A DNA stretch of 63,680 nucleotides, counting the filler, from Reticulomyxa filosa (taxonomy: Eukaryota > Protista > Foraminifera), in NCBI GenBank assembly GCA_000512085.1. It is 27 parts of 27 records of this genome, joined end to end, with 100 filler letters (N's around TTAATTAATTAA, not from the genome) between each part and the next. Parts side by side here need not be neighbours in the genome. Positions count along the whole stretch, not along the records: positions 1 to 3,642 come from ASPP01008481.1; positions 3,743 to 5,833 come from ASPP01039676.1; positions 5,934 to 9,124 come from ASPP01005923.1; positions 9,225 to 10,657 come from ASPP01050040.1; positions 10,758 to 17,033 come from ASPP01009667.1; 22 more parts are not named here. One strand, 5' to 3'. How positions within the stretch are numbered: the first letter of the stretch is position 1; every line of letters begins with the position of its first letter. Shown in pieces: positions 1 to 11,686 of the stretch. The notes under the pieces are model-generated. The model made no database searches. It was not told the origin of the DNA and worked only from the letters and a program-made list of their open reading frames with translations. Made by a program: the position numbers and the translations under genes.

Positions 1-80
1 GGGATAGTAGTGCAATATATATACATATATGTACATATATGCATGTGTATGTATACATTTATATGTGTATGCAAAAATAG

Positions 81-1938
81 GGCAAAGACTTGCTGGAAAA
101 TCTAATCAAAATCGATGGCATTGAACCTTTGTCTGATAAGGATAAAATGCTTGTCTATTCAAACAAAGAAAAACTAATGCGAACCCCGAGGCATTACCCA
201 CAGTTAAGATGAAGAAATCTATTGCCAAGCAAGAGAAAAAAAAAAATACTCGTCGATTTTTATTTGTCCCTTTAATTTTTTGGTGGTCTTTGTAGTTTTA
301 AATCGAAATTTCTTGTTTGATGTATGCGATTAGTTTTTACGTTCAGTAGACTGGCTGGACGACGAAGCACGTAAAGTGGCATACGACTACTTGGAAAGAT
401 GGGCTCAGCCAAACAACCCAGAAGACTGCATTGAATTGTTGCGTCACGAATTTGCAGACAACCGTGTGCGATTGTACGCGCTGAACAATCTGAATCGTTT
501 GAACGATTACGCATTGAATCGCTATCTGTTGCAGCTGGTGCAAGCACTAAAATGCGAATTGCAACACAATTCATTTTTATCCCGCTTTTTGGTATATCGT
601 GCAGTCAATAACCCGTGGCAAATCGGACATTATTTGTTCTGGCATTTGAAGTCGGAATATCATAGCGAGGAGTGGTGCGAGCGATTTGGATTGTTGATGG
701 AAGAGTACTTTGTGCATTTGCCGTCGTATCAATTGATGGTGGATCTGTTAGTGCAAAACAATTTGATGAATCGATTGACAAAGATAAGCACAGATATCCA
801 ATATTGGTATCACGAAGCCAAAAAATCGAAAGAGCATTGCACTAGCTTTTTGCGCAAAGAATTGGAATTGATCAATGAGGATATCATCGATGTGTTGACA
901 GTGCCACTCAATCCATGTATCAAAGTGCGCAAGTTAAAAATTGCAAAGTGTCGATTTATGAGTAGTGCAAAAGTTCCTTTGTGGCTATGTTTTCGAAATG
1001 CCGATCCACACAGTTTGAGTGACGATGATGTGAAACACATCTTACGTGCAAATAACTCAGGATCAAATGGGACGAAAGACATTGCAGTGGATGGCTATAC
1101 CGACATTTGTCACGATGCCCAAGTCTTATTCAAATCGGGAGATGACTTGCGACAAGACATTTTGACATTGCAAATGCTTTACATTATGGACGAATTGTGG
1201 CTTCGCAAAAACTTGGATTTACGTATGAAGCCATATGGTGTCATTGCGACGGCCGAAAATGTCGGATTGGTCGAACTCATTTTGAATTGCAAAACTGCAA
1301 ATGACATCCACACCGATGCCGGCACCTATCGCGGCTCCTTTGATAAGAAAACTCACTTGCAATATTTGGAACGGTGTCATCCACCGAAAAATGATTTGCA
1401 TGCTTATCATAAGGCGCGTGAATATTATGCACGTTCTTGCGCTGGCTACAGCGTCAGCACTTGGATTTTGGGAATTGGTGACAGGCATCCGTCCAATATC
1501 ATGATCCACTTCAATGGCAGTTTATTCCACATTGATTTTGGACACTTTTTGGGCAATTTCAAATCCAAGAAAATTGCTGGGTACAAATTCGAGCGCGAGA
1601 AAACTCCTTTTGTTTTCACACCCATGATGAAGTATGCCATTGATGAAGGAAAAGAACCTTCTCCAGAATACAGAGATTTCATCAAATGGTTCTTTCAAGC
1701 CTTCACTGAAGTTCGTGTTCGCTACAAAATGTTCAGTAACTTGTTTTTACTAATGATACCCTCGCATATGCCCGAACTTGTACGCGAGCATGATGTCTCC
1801 TACGTACGTCGGCAGCTGCGCTTGGACTTGGATAATATCAATGACTTGGCTGCCCACATTGAGGTCACTATCAATGATTGTTTAAACGATAAAAATAGAT
1901 TGTGGGATAATGCCGCGCATGCCGCAAAACATGCATAA
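81..1938 (+). CDS. Phosphatidylinositol 3-kinase (class I/II-like), helical (PIK) and catalytic domains, 5'-partial, spliced
   Basis: YLLQLVQALKCE, GHYLFWHLKSE, MSSAKVPLWL, FKSGDDLRQD, GIGDRHPSN and HIDFG motifs; upstream exon at ~81-203 encodes the start of the helical domain. Confidence 0.93.
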
Positions 1939-2299
1939 TACAATACATTTTCCAAATGTTGTTTTTTCTTTGTTCTTTTTTCCCATTCAAATCTTTTTTT
2001 AGTTGTGGTCGTTCCACGATGTTTTTTTCTGACAGTCGTCACGTGGGTTTAAAGCAAGATAAATGTAAATCAAAGAAAGTTTTTTAGTATGACCGCATTG
2101 TCGATAATATTGTTTTGGGTGTTTTTTTCTTTCTTTTCCATTTCATGAAATGCTCCAACTACGAATTAAACTTTCCTACAAATTTAAGTATAAAGAAATT
2201 ACTCTACATTGCGTAGAAGTCAACAATTTTTGTAATTATTAGATATCACTCTTGTTTTTCATAAAGCTAATCAAATGTATATTTATTCAAATTCTTTTT

Positions 2300-2487
2300 T
2301 AAATTATCTGCGCATCCTGGATAATCCAAAAAATATTTGGTTTTAAAAGTGAGAAAACCATGGAAAAATGTTATGTTTCATTTAATAATTTTCAAAAAAT
2401 CAAGAAATATTAATTGTTTTTTCATTGCTTTCTCATTTTTATTAAATTAAATTTTTTTTGAATTCTCCAGGATGCGTAGATAATTTA
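2300..2487. mobile_element. Palindromic MITE-like element
   Basis: Left arm AAATTATCTGCGCATCCTGGATAATCCAAAAAA vs reverse complement of right arm AAATTATCTACGCATCCTGGAGAATTCAAAAAA (3 mismatches in 33); imperfect pairing continues inward; TA at both outer ends. Confidence 0.55.
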
Positions 2488-2759
2488 CAATATATTTTAC
2501 GATATTTATTGCGTATTGAACGAAGAAAATTGGAAAATTTGAAAGATTTAAAAGATATCATTTTGAAAATTTAAATTAGTTGGTTTTGCGAAATTTTTTG
2601 ATTTAGTTGTTTTGTTATGGATGCTATTTCTTAAGAAAACAAGGCAATCTGAAATACTTCCCCCAACAACAATTAGGTTTCGTTCACAATGCACCATTTT
2701 AATTCAAATATTTATGTGAGCAGAATCAATGCTACTCCTTTCACTTGCTCGAAGTAAGC

Positions 2760-3450
2760 ATCAAATGTGCAATTTAGGTGTAAATTTGATTTTATAAGCC
2801 TCAACAAGCTCATCACCTCTCGATCCACCAGCGTGTTTAAGAATTGTCATAGAAACAAAATCAGTTAATTGCTCTGAGCTTTGATCGAGTTAATTTGTAA
2901 TTCTGCACATTTACCATCTGAAATACGGGCTATTTTTTCAAAATGTTTTTGCTTGTCTCCTAATAGAAGGCATGCACATCGATGTTCTTTTTTTCAAAAA
3001 ACCAAGTTCTTTTTTATAGTGGATGGGAATAGAGAATTCTGTGTCTTTCCAATAGTTTTCTCCTTTGATCTGTTTCTCTTTTTCACTTCTTTTTTTCATT
3101 TGGTGGCATGTCTCCAATCAAAATAACTTGTCCATTTTTTTGGCTTGTGTATTGACATAAGCCCAATTTCAATAGCTTCATTTCCCAGTCATAATTTACA
3201 CAAATGTCCATAACTTACGCAAATTATCAGTTTTGATTCCAGGGAGAAGCTTGCAAAATCATATCTTCAGGTGCATCGTAATTGCGATCATCACAAACTG
3301 CATCTCAAAGCAATTGGGAGGTAATCAATGTTCTTTCAAAATTATTAAATTCGGTCAAACACAGTACAAACTGTGTTTTTTGCTTTTTACAATAACCATG
3401 GCCAGTTGCATCCATAAGCACTCTGTACGCGAAGTTTTTCTCTCTTGTGG
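2760..3450 (-). pseudogene. von Willebrand factor A (vWA) domain pseudogene
   Basis: Joining minus-strand frames gives VLMDATG (MIDAS remnant), KAKNTVCTVFDRI, RNYDAPEDMILQASPW, GNEAIEIGL and QVILIGDMPPN, broken by several stops and frameshifts. Confidence 0.7.
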
Positions 3451-3642
3451 TCCTTTGTTTCGCTCACATAACATTTTTTTCACGGTATTTACATCTTTTT
3501 TTTTACTGATAATTCTTCACTCGCTTTATGCTTTTTGCAGCATATTTTATATTTTTATTCTCAATGTCTCCATAATGTGAATTGCTTATCAAACACGTCC
3601 GATGTTTTCACACTCACTCCATTTATCGCTTGCAAATTTTCT

Positions 3643-3742
3643 NNNNNNNNNNNNNNNNNNNNNNNNNNNNNNNNNNNNNNNNNNNNTTAATTAATTAANN
3701 NNNNNNNNNNNNNNNNNNNNNNNNNNNNNNNNNNNNNNNNNN
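3643..3742. other. Artificial contig-joining linker (44 N + TTAATTAATTAA + 44 N); first of 26, the others starting at 5834, 9125, 10658, 17034, 18375, 24577, 25936, 29091, 31616, 32768, 34123, 36500, 37992, 40001, 42440, 43552, 44716, 47062, 49980, 51112, 55377, 56493, 57632, 59349 and 61349
   Basis: Identical 100-bp spacer each time; TTAATTAATTAA puts stops in all six frames; GC content and gene content change abruptly across it. Confidence 0.98.
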
Positions 3743-4361
3743 TGTAATGATTTTGATGTTTCAACATCCCATAAACGAATTTTTTTATCCCATGATCCAG
3801 AACACAAATATCTACAACCATTAAATGGTGAAAATTCAATACAAACACTATTAGTGCGTCCATTGAATATTTGTATTTGTTTATTATGTTTGAAATCCCA
3901 AAAACGAATGGTTTTGTCAGTTGATGAAGAACAAATGACATTTTGACGATGATAATGGTAATGATACGATGAAAATTTCACACAACACACATAACTTGAA
4001 TGTTTATTAAATGATGGAATTTGTTTGTTGTTATCAACATCCCATACACGGACTGTCATATCATCTGATCCAGAACAAATGAGTTGACAATCATTAAATG
4101 TTGAATAATCAATACTCAACACAGCATTTGTATGTCCAGTGAATGTATTGATTAATTTGGATGATGAAAGAAATGTGTCAAACATGAAGAAAGTAAACGC
4201 CTATGTTAAATAAATAATTATTTTGATTGATCAAATGAAAAAAAACCAAATAAACTAACATAATTGAAGACGAGTTTATCAAAATTTTCGATCCATCCTA
4301 GTTCAATGTGGAATATTCGAATCCAATGACGAATAATTATTTGGACCTCTTCTTCTTTTGA
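3743..4361 (-). CDS. WD40-repeat protein of a lineage-expanded family, partial, spliced
   Basis: GHTNAVLSIDYS...SGSDDMTVRVWD, TDKTIRFWD and SGSWDKKIRLWD repeats; upstream exon at 4260-4361. Confidence 0.9.
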
Positions 4362-4942
4362 CTGTTTCAATTACAAATTCAACAATAAGTAAAATAAAGA
4401 ATAAAAACTTAAAGATAAGCTGGACTCACTTTGATTGATAAGTTTAAGTTCATTCTTGTAACTTTTTTGGTCTTCTGTTGAGATGTTCTTTGATGATGCA
4501 AGATAAAAAAAATGCTTGAGCTTTTGTTTATAAAAGGAAAACCTGAACTAAGATTTACACAACAAACATTTGAAATGGAAGATGAATGTTATATTTTTTG
4601 TATCACAATAATCAGTAACAATAATTCTACAATGCAAAAATCTTCATAGAAGGGCAATATAATTTACTTATTCTGTGAATTTTTTATTAGCAGAAATGCC
4701 TTTCTTTGAGCAATCAATTGTTCAAAAGCAGAATAAATTGTAGGATAAGTATTCATATTTATGATTATTCACTTAATGTAAAATAGCTGTTAGATATTAC
4801 ACGCCTGTCTTCCTTGTGATCAAAATAATTGATTGAATCTATTGGATATTCCAAATATTTGAGACTTAGAAACATAAATAACTCAACGCAAAATAAAAAA
4901 GAACAAAAGTCTTAAATGACTACTTGGACTTGACAACCTTTG

Positions 4943-5280
4943 TCAACAATGAAAAATTAACAATTTGATGTCCTTGAGTAGTTGACCAAATGGTCTATCT
5001 TTGTTTATATTTATTCTTCTTGTTGTTGTTTGATGAGAAATTGGATTATTTTCACCACGACAAACATCAACAACAAATATTTTTGGAAAATCTTTGAAAG
5101 ATTCCATTTCATGACAATTAAATGTTGTGCGTATTTCGTCAATTGATAAAGAACTTTCTTTCAATGTACACAAATTATTATTATCAATCCATCATATTTT
5201 TTAGTATTTTCGTGAAATTGCTTTGGTCAGAAATGCTTGCGCATCTTGTTTTGTCATTTGTGGAAATTGATTGCGTTACA
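4943..5280 (-). pseudogene. Caspase-like (peptidase C14) pseudogene fragment
   Basis: FPKIFVVDVCRG catalytic-Cys motif; upstream KYDGLIIIICVH* marks the catalytic His site, followed by a stop and frameshift. Confidence 0.7.
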
Positions 5281-5710
5281 AAGAAGTTCTTCAAATGTCA
5301 GTTTTTCTTTTATCAACTTTCACATATGCTGTCAACTATTTTATTATTGTAATTCAGATGAAAAAACAAAAGTAAAATAATACACAATTTATTAACTTCT
5401 TTTTTCTGCAAAACAATAATTTAAATGAGAGAGAAGCAGTTACAAGTGGTGAAAATGAAGGATACATTACCAATAATTGATAATAGTTTATACTTGCGTT
5501 ATGTATCAGTTATAATCAACTTCTTTCTGTTTATTAAACATCTTAAATAAGGTTTGCGAGAGAAAGATGATCAATCTCGTATTTGATAACTCAAATAATA
5601 AAATAATTTGAAATCTTTCAAATAGATAGTTGTTATTTGGAAAACTTATTCAAATAAAGATATTTTAATTACTGTCATTATAACAATACAACTAAAATAT
5701 GAAAGAAATT

Positions 5711-5833
5711 TAATACAGTAGGTTGCAAAGAAAACTGAACGCCTAAAACGATATCCTATGATGATAATTGATTTTCTCCATGAAAAATAAACATTTAGAC
5801 ATAATTTTTTTTTATTTTAAAAAAAATATCTAC
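5711..5833 (+). repeat. Dispersed ~100-120 bp non-coding repeat, copy 1
   Basis: GTTGCAAAGAAAACTGAACGC-TAAAACGATATC-TATGATGATAATTGATTTTCTCCATGAAA is near-identical to 39913-40000; a diverged inverted copy lies at 40187-40284. Confidence 0.85.
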
Positions 5834-8207
5834 NNNNNNNNNNNNNNNNNNNNNNNNNNNNNNNNNNNNNNNNNNNNTTAATTAATTAANNNNNNNNNNN
5901 NNNNNNNNNNNNNNNNNNNNNNNNNNNNNNNNNAAAAAAAAACTATTTGACACTACTTTGAGTATGGAAGGAAAAAGAAAAACAAAAAAAAACTTTCTTT
6001 TTTGGTTGTTACAACAAAGAATGTGTTTCTTTTAGCAAATGAATAATCAAAATTGAGACACTAACTTGCTGTCCTTACGTAAAATCGAAACAACACAGTG
6101 AAATTGTGTTAAATGAACATGGAAACACTGAATTTGTGTGTTTAACGATAGAAAGGAATTTGAGATTCTAAAACAAAACAATACGAAATATTCAATTGTG
6201 AAAAATGGCATGCGTATATGTCTTAATTTCAGTTATTATTTAACAGATGTCTTTTTTAATTTGACATTGCAAAATCACTTAAATTTTTTTCGGAAAATAA
6301 AATAAAATAAGCGAGTGAAGTAATGAAAAAAACATCGAACATATCACAGTAAAGAGAAGAATAATATGTATTTATTTTTATAGTAGTGTAATGTGAACGC
6401 ACATCAATTAATTTGACAACAGCAGTGCTGTTGATATACTAAGAATTGTACTCATTATTATGCAGGTTGCAAAATGCTTAAAAGTTACGTTGGTGCATTT
6501 CATAAATGGAAAAAAACTTATAACGCAATATGAAATGTTGAAAGAAAACTTGGATCAGTAAGAAAAGGTAGTATTTCATACAGAATCAAACGATGTATAG
6601 TTATATGGATTGTTGCAGATAAATGTGAAATTAAATCGTATGATGTACAAAATGAAGATAACGTCGTTGTTTCCAGACAAATAATCAGAATAGCTATTAA
6701 AACTATAGTGATTAGTTATAACAAAGAAAAAGAAGAAGCACTTATATGATACTATAAAAAACTTAGATTAGAATTTGCAAGATCGCATAAAGATTGGACA
6801 GAAGCAGACTGGAGAATTATATTGTTATATGACATGCCAAGATGAATATACATTACAGTGACAGTGTTCGATATGTTTGAAAAAGGCATGAATACTATTC
6901 GGATGGAAGAACAATACATATATATAAGATTCAGTAGATGATTAATTACGATTTGGACTTGTATTAGGTTTCGATAGTTGTCTGGACATGCAGAGTTGAT
7001 TGATGCTTGCTTCTTCATTATATCATGATATACTTGGCGGTGAAATACTTGATAGTGTATAGTCTTGCTTATGCGACACATATGTTGGATTTTTCAGCGA
7101 ATAATGCGTCATGTCACAAATCGATATCTACGCAAAGATTGTTTGAATAGAATGAAATAAATGTAATTGAATTTCATGCAAAAAATACCGATCTAAATCA
7201 TATTAAGAACATATTGTTGATCGTAAAGTGTAAAGTTTATCATAAATGACATTTTTCTACAAATGAAGATCTTTTTGATGATTTTGTTAAGTAACTTTTA
7301 AATAAACTGATTTTTCGGTTGTGTTCACTAACTAATATGTTGTTGTCAGCCAAAGTACAATATTAAAATAATATTACAAAAATTTAAACAACTTCTGAAA
7401 ATGAGTCAAAAAATCAGTTTGACCTTAAATATTTGTATTTTTTTAGTCAAGGATAATATGCGAAGTTGCTATAAAAAAAGCTAAATCAGATTTAAACCCA
7501 TAAATCATATCAAATAAAAAAATTGTTACGATCTAAAAAAAAAAATTTTGATTCATGCAACATGTGATATCTCAATCATAAACACTAAAAACACACAAAA
7601 AACAAACAATATTTTCAAAAATCAAACACTTCACTAAAAAAATCAAAAAAATAAAAGTAAATCATTTTTAAAATGATGACACAAATAGTCACTCGCACAA
7701 AAAAAAACACCAACTGAAAACATAACAAACACAATTCTGAAATCAAACGTTTCTAGATGAATAGATAGCGAGCATTACTTAATTTAACATGAACATATAA
7801 AGTGTCTATTTTTTTAATTAATTTTTTTAGTGTTGCAAAGTTTTACTGTTTATTGAATTATCTTTGTAATTTTTTGTTGAATTGGAAAAGGTTATTACTT
7901 TTTATTTGGTTTTTTTTGTAATTTAGCATTTTAATTTAACACAAATCTGTTTATCAATTGCAAAAAATTCTTTAATGAAATATGGATATCGGGATGCACA
8001 AAATTTGATATTACAATATGAAAATGTGCTTGTGTGTTTATTTAGAGTTGAATGTGTTTTAGTTTGTATGTAAATTGTGGTGATAAAATTTTTTTTGAAT
8101 GAAATGATTCAGAAATATTTCACATAATAAAAAATAAAACGATTTTTATTAACAAAATTATGAATTGACACACTAATGTAATTTTTGAGCACTTGGTGCT
8201 TACCTTT

Positions 8208-9093
8208 TCAAATCTCAGGTGTAAATGAAGCAGAGAAAGAAAAAGTAATAACAGAAAAAAAAAATTTTATTTTGCAATTAAGTGGCATCATGATCGAGTT
8301 CACTGGAATCATAATCTGGTTGTCGATTTGTAGATAAGTGCAGCAAAAGCGCATCACGTGGAGCAGTTGATTGGCTTTCGACACCTGATTTGAGGGTTGC
8401 AGCTTGTGACTCTTTGAAGGCGTCCTTGTCGGTGATGGGAAGTTCAACATCTGTATTGCCAGCTTGTATCGGAGAAGGTCTATCTTTAGAAGTTCTAGTG
8501 TCAATTTCTGTCGTTTTGGTTTATTTTTTAATTTTATATTCATTTCATATTCTTCAAAGAAGGAGACAAAAAAAAAAACAAAAAAACTTGAGCGCCGTAG
8601 GGGGACAATTTCAAAGCCAAAGGGTTGTAAGTATTCTTTCATTAGCGTCATATCGTCGTGAAAACTGTTTTTGTTTTGTCGATCAATAATCAGATACCTC
8701 CATGGTTCAAGCCCGTGACTGGTATGCATTTCCAAATTGGTGGTTCGAGGAGATGCTGTCGTTTGTGGCGATTCCAAGCCATCAGTAAGTTCCAAAGGTA
8801 TCGATTTTCTCTTTTGGATATTCGATTGAATTGTGACCGCTCTGAACAGCTTCGGAAGGATATATAAAGACATATTCGTAGCAGTGACGGAAATTACAGT
8901 CACACTAATACAAGCAAATTGAGTTTCTGGGCTCGCAAATTTCATTATGTTAAACAGCATCCAAAGTACAATCGCAAGCAATACATTGTGACTAATTATC
9001 ACCACCCACTTGTTGTCATTGTATTTTGGAGTCTTGCCTTTTGACCTTAGATGCCATTCTTTAGTCACTCGACGTAAACTGTATGCCAATCGA
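8208..9093 (-). CDS. Class C (GABA-B-like) GPCR, TM6-TM7 and C-terminal tail, partial, probably spliced
   Basis: KYNDNKWVVIISHN (like FNESK.I...YN), two hydrophobic helices, SPETQF and LYILPKL (like LF.PK at the end of TM7). Confidence 0.65.
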
Positions 9094-10757
9094 CCTTTTT
9101 TTTTTTTTTTTTTGGAAGCAAGGANNNNNNNNNNNNNNNNNNNNNNNNNNNNNNNNNNNNNNNNNNNNTTAATTAATTAANNNNNNNNNNNNNNNNNNNN
9201 NNNNNNNNNNNNNNNNNNNNNNNNGAAAAATGAAAGGGGAAAAATGAAATGAGAAAATGAAAGGGGAAAAATGAAGGGGAAAAAGTGAATTGGAAAAATT
9301 AATGGGAAAAAATGAATATGAAAAAAAGGTAGGGAAGACAAATGGAAAAAATGTGGGGTTGAGATTTTTTTAGAAAATGAAAAAAAATTTAAAAAATGAG
9401 AAAGAATGTTGGAAAATAGAAAAAAAAAGATGACAAAGTAAAAAGGAAAAGAAAAATTAAAAAGAGAAAAAATGAAAAAAGAGAAAAGTATAAAAAATAA
9501 TAGAAAAAGAGAAAAAAAGAGAAAAAGAGAAAAAAATAAAAGGGAAAAGGGGAGTAAATGAAAAAGAAGAAGAATGAAAATAAGAAAAAAAAGAAGAAGA
9601 ACAACAGCCGATTCGCAAAGACTAGTAGCTATAATTGTGATAGCAGGTCAAGTTGGTGGAACAGTCAGGCAAGAAGATGAACAAAGTGGGAAGGCAGACT
9701 GGTCGCTTATATCGAAAACATCGTATACGTGCGCATAGGCGCAACTTTGGATTTGTCGTTGGTTTGGATATAGAAACAAATACCCTAAGAATGAAAAAAA
9801 GATTATTAATACTTCTTTCGTTAGATCTCAAATTGAATCGTTTGATTTATTGGAAATGATCGCACAAAATATGTCTATAATCACAATGGAGACAATGTTT
9901 TTCAAATCAGATCTCGTGGAACAATTGGACAAGATTTTTACAGATTAATTCCAGACAATCTGAATGTTGGTGCTGACAGATGAAAGCAAGCTCACCAAGA
10001 AGAAGAAAAAAGAGAGAATTGGTGATGTCGCGCAAAGTAAATGATACAGTTATTGTAGTGTCTCGACTGGGCAAAGAAGTGGAGGGCGAAGAAGAAAAGA
10101 ACGCGGAAGTTGTTAGAAAACATCTACGCATGGCGATCGAGAAAATCACACATTGGGAGAATCGTTCAGTGTGAAAGTGGCTTAATTTGGTGGGGCGGTC
10201 GCGAAACTTCGTCAAAATATTGTAATCAAGAAGAGAATATTAGAAGGGGTACGAATAGAAGAAAGAGAACAAAGAATACATAAGTGTTGGATTTGTTTTA
10301 AAAAAAAAGAACAAACTCGTCTGTCAGTTTGCTGAACTTGGTTATGTACTATTCGCGAACGAAGACTGCAAGTTTTTAGACATACATAGAGCGCCAATCA
10401 ATGAACGGGTGCGTGGCAATGTTAAGAAGTGACAATTCGAACAATTGAAAGGAACTTGTTTGTCATCAACGTAGGCGCAAACAAGTCTCTGAGAATAATT
10501 GTTGGTGTGGCAAAGCGCCAAAGATGTTGTCAAACTTCGGTCTATCGGTGCCAACGAACAAGTGAAACTTGGTTTTATGGAAATGGTGTTAAGTTTATCG
10601 ACACATGGCAACAATAGAAACGCAGATATCGTAAATTAGTGTAGAAACTAGTGGTATNNNNNNNNNNNNNNNNNNNNNNNNNNNNNNNNNNNNNNNNNNN
10701 NTTAATTAATTAANNNNNNNNNNNNNNNNNNNNNNNNNNNNNNNNNNNNNNNNNNNN

Positions 10758-10997
10758 TCCATCTTCACGAGGAAACCTTCTTCCATCTTCACGAGGAAAC
10801 CTTCTTCCATCTTCACGAGGAAACCCTCTGCCATCTTCACGAGGAAATCTTCTTCCATCTTCACGAGGAAACCTTCTGCCATCTTCACGAGGAAATTTTC
10901 TGCCATCTTCACGAGGAAACCTTCTACCATCTTCACGAGGAAATCTTCTACCATCTTCACGAGGAAATCTTACACCATCTTCACGAGGAAATCTTAC
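10758..10997. repeat. 24-bp coding tandem repeat, 10 copies, running into the contig end
   Basis: Units of CCATCTTCACGAGGAAA plus 7 variable nt, back to back with no spacers. Confidence 0.95.
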
Positions 10998-11270
10998 ACT
11001 TGAAAATTGTCGTCTATTTTCATAATTTGGATTTATGTTTCGATTTGGCAGTCTTCCTCGAATTCCAAATTGAATGTCATTTCCACGACGACCACGATCA
11101 CCTCCACGTCCTTGTTCACGACCCCGACCTCGTCCTCGACCTCGTCCGCGTCCACGTCCGCGCCCACGCCCTTGGTCACTTTCTTGGTTACGTTCTTGAT
11201 CTTGATCACGATCACGTCTTCTCTCTTCAAAGTCGCCACGGAACTCTCTTGGTCTCTGAGAATTCATCAT
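10758..11270 (-). CDS. Arg/Gly-rich low-complexity protein with 10 FPREDG octapeptide repeats, partial
   Basis: (GR)n tract followed by xxFPREDG repeats in one open frame. Confidence 0.6.
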
Positions 11271-11686
11271 TTTTTGTTTTCACTTGCTTTTTTTCCCTCT
11301 TTAATGAACTGGTTTTGTCTTTGATTGCAATTTCACTTGGCTGTGATGGTTCTTTATAACTCCTAATACAGGAAATTAGTGGAGGTTAGATTGTTTTGAG
11401 GTGTTATCAATAAGATTTTAATTTCTAAAAAATAAATTCAGTTGCAAATACTGCAGTCCCCTTTTTTTAGAACATTTCCAACAAAGAAAAACTGACTTTT
11501 ATAAACACTTGTGCTCTTGAACAAGTTTACATTGGAATAAAAAGCAAGTAATATTTTTTGTTTATTTGTTATCTGCTATGAATTACTATCCCACGATTAT
11601 GAGCGCATTAAAGATAACAGTTTAATTGTCGTTTGTATTGCAGAGGAAATTGTTTGTTTGCGAGGAAAAAAAAACAACAAACAATA

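Noticed and set aside
9225-9604. Purine-rich or pyrimidine-rich tracts at contig ends (also 24677-25130 and 59100-59348) and their Phe-rich ORFs
   Set aside because: They look like low-quality read tails or simple low-complexity DNA. The ORFs are compositional artefacts.
9620-10657. Possible degraded helical-repeat (HEAT-like) gene
   Set aside because: Only short broken ORFs, with no motif I can support.
10758-10997. 24-bp repeat as a CRISPR array
   Set aside because: No unique spacers, the unit is a multiple of 3 and encodes an in-frame peptide repeat, and there are no cas genes.
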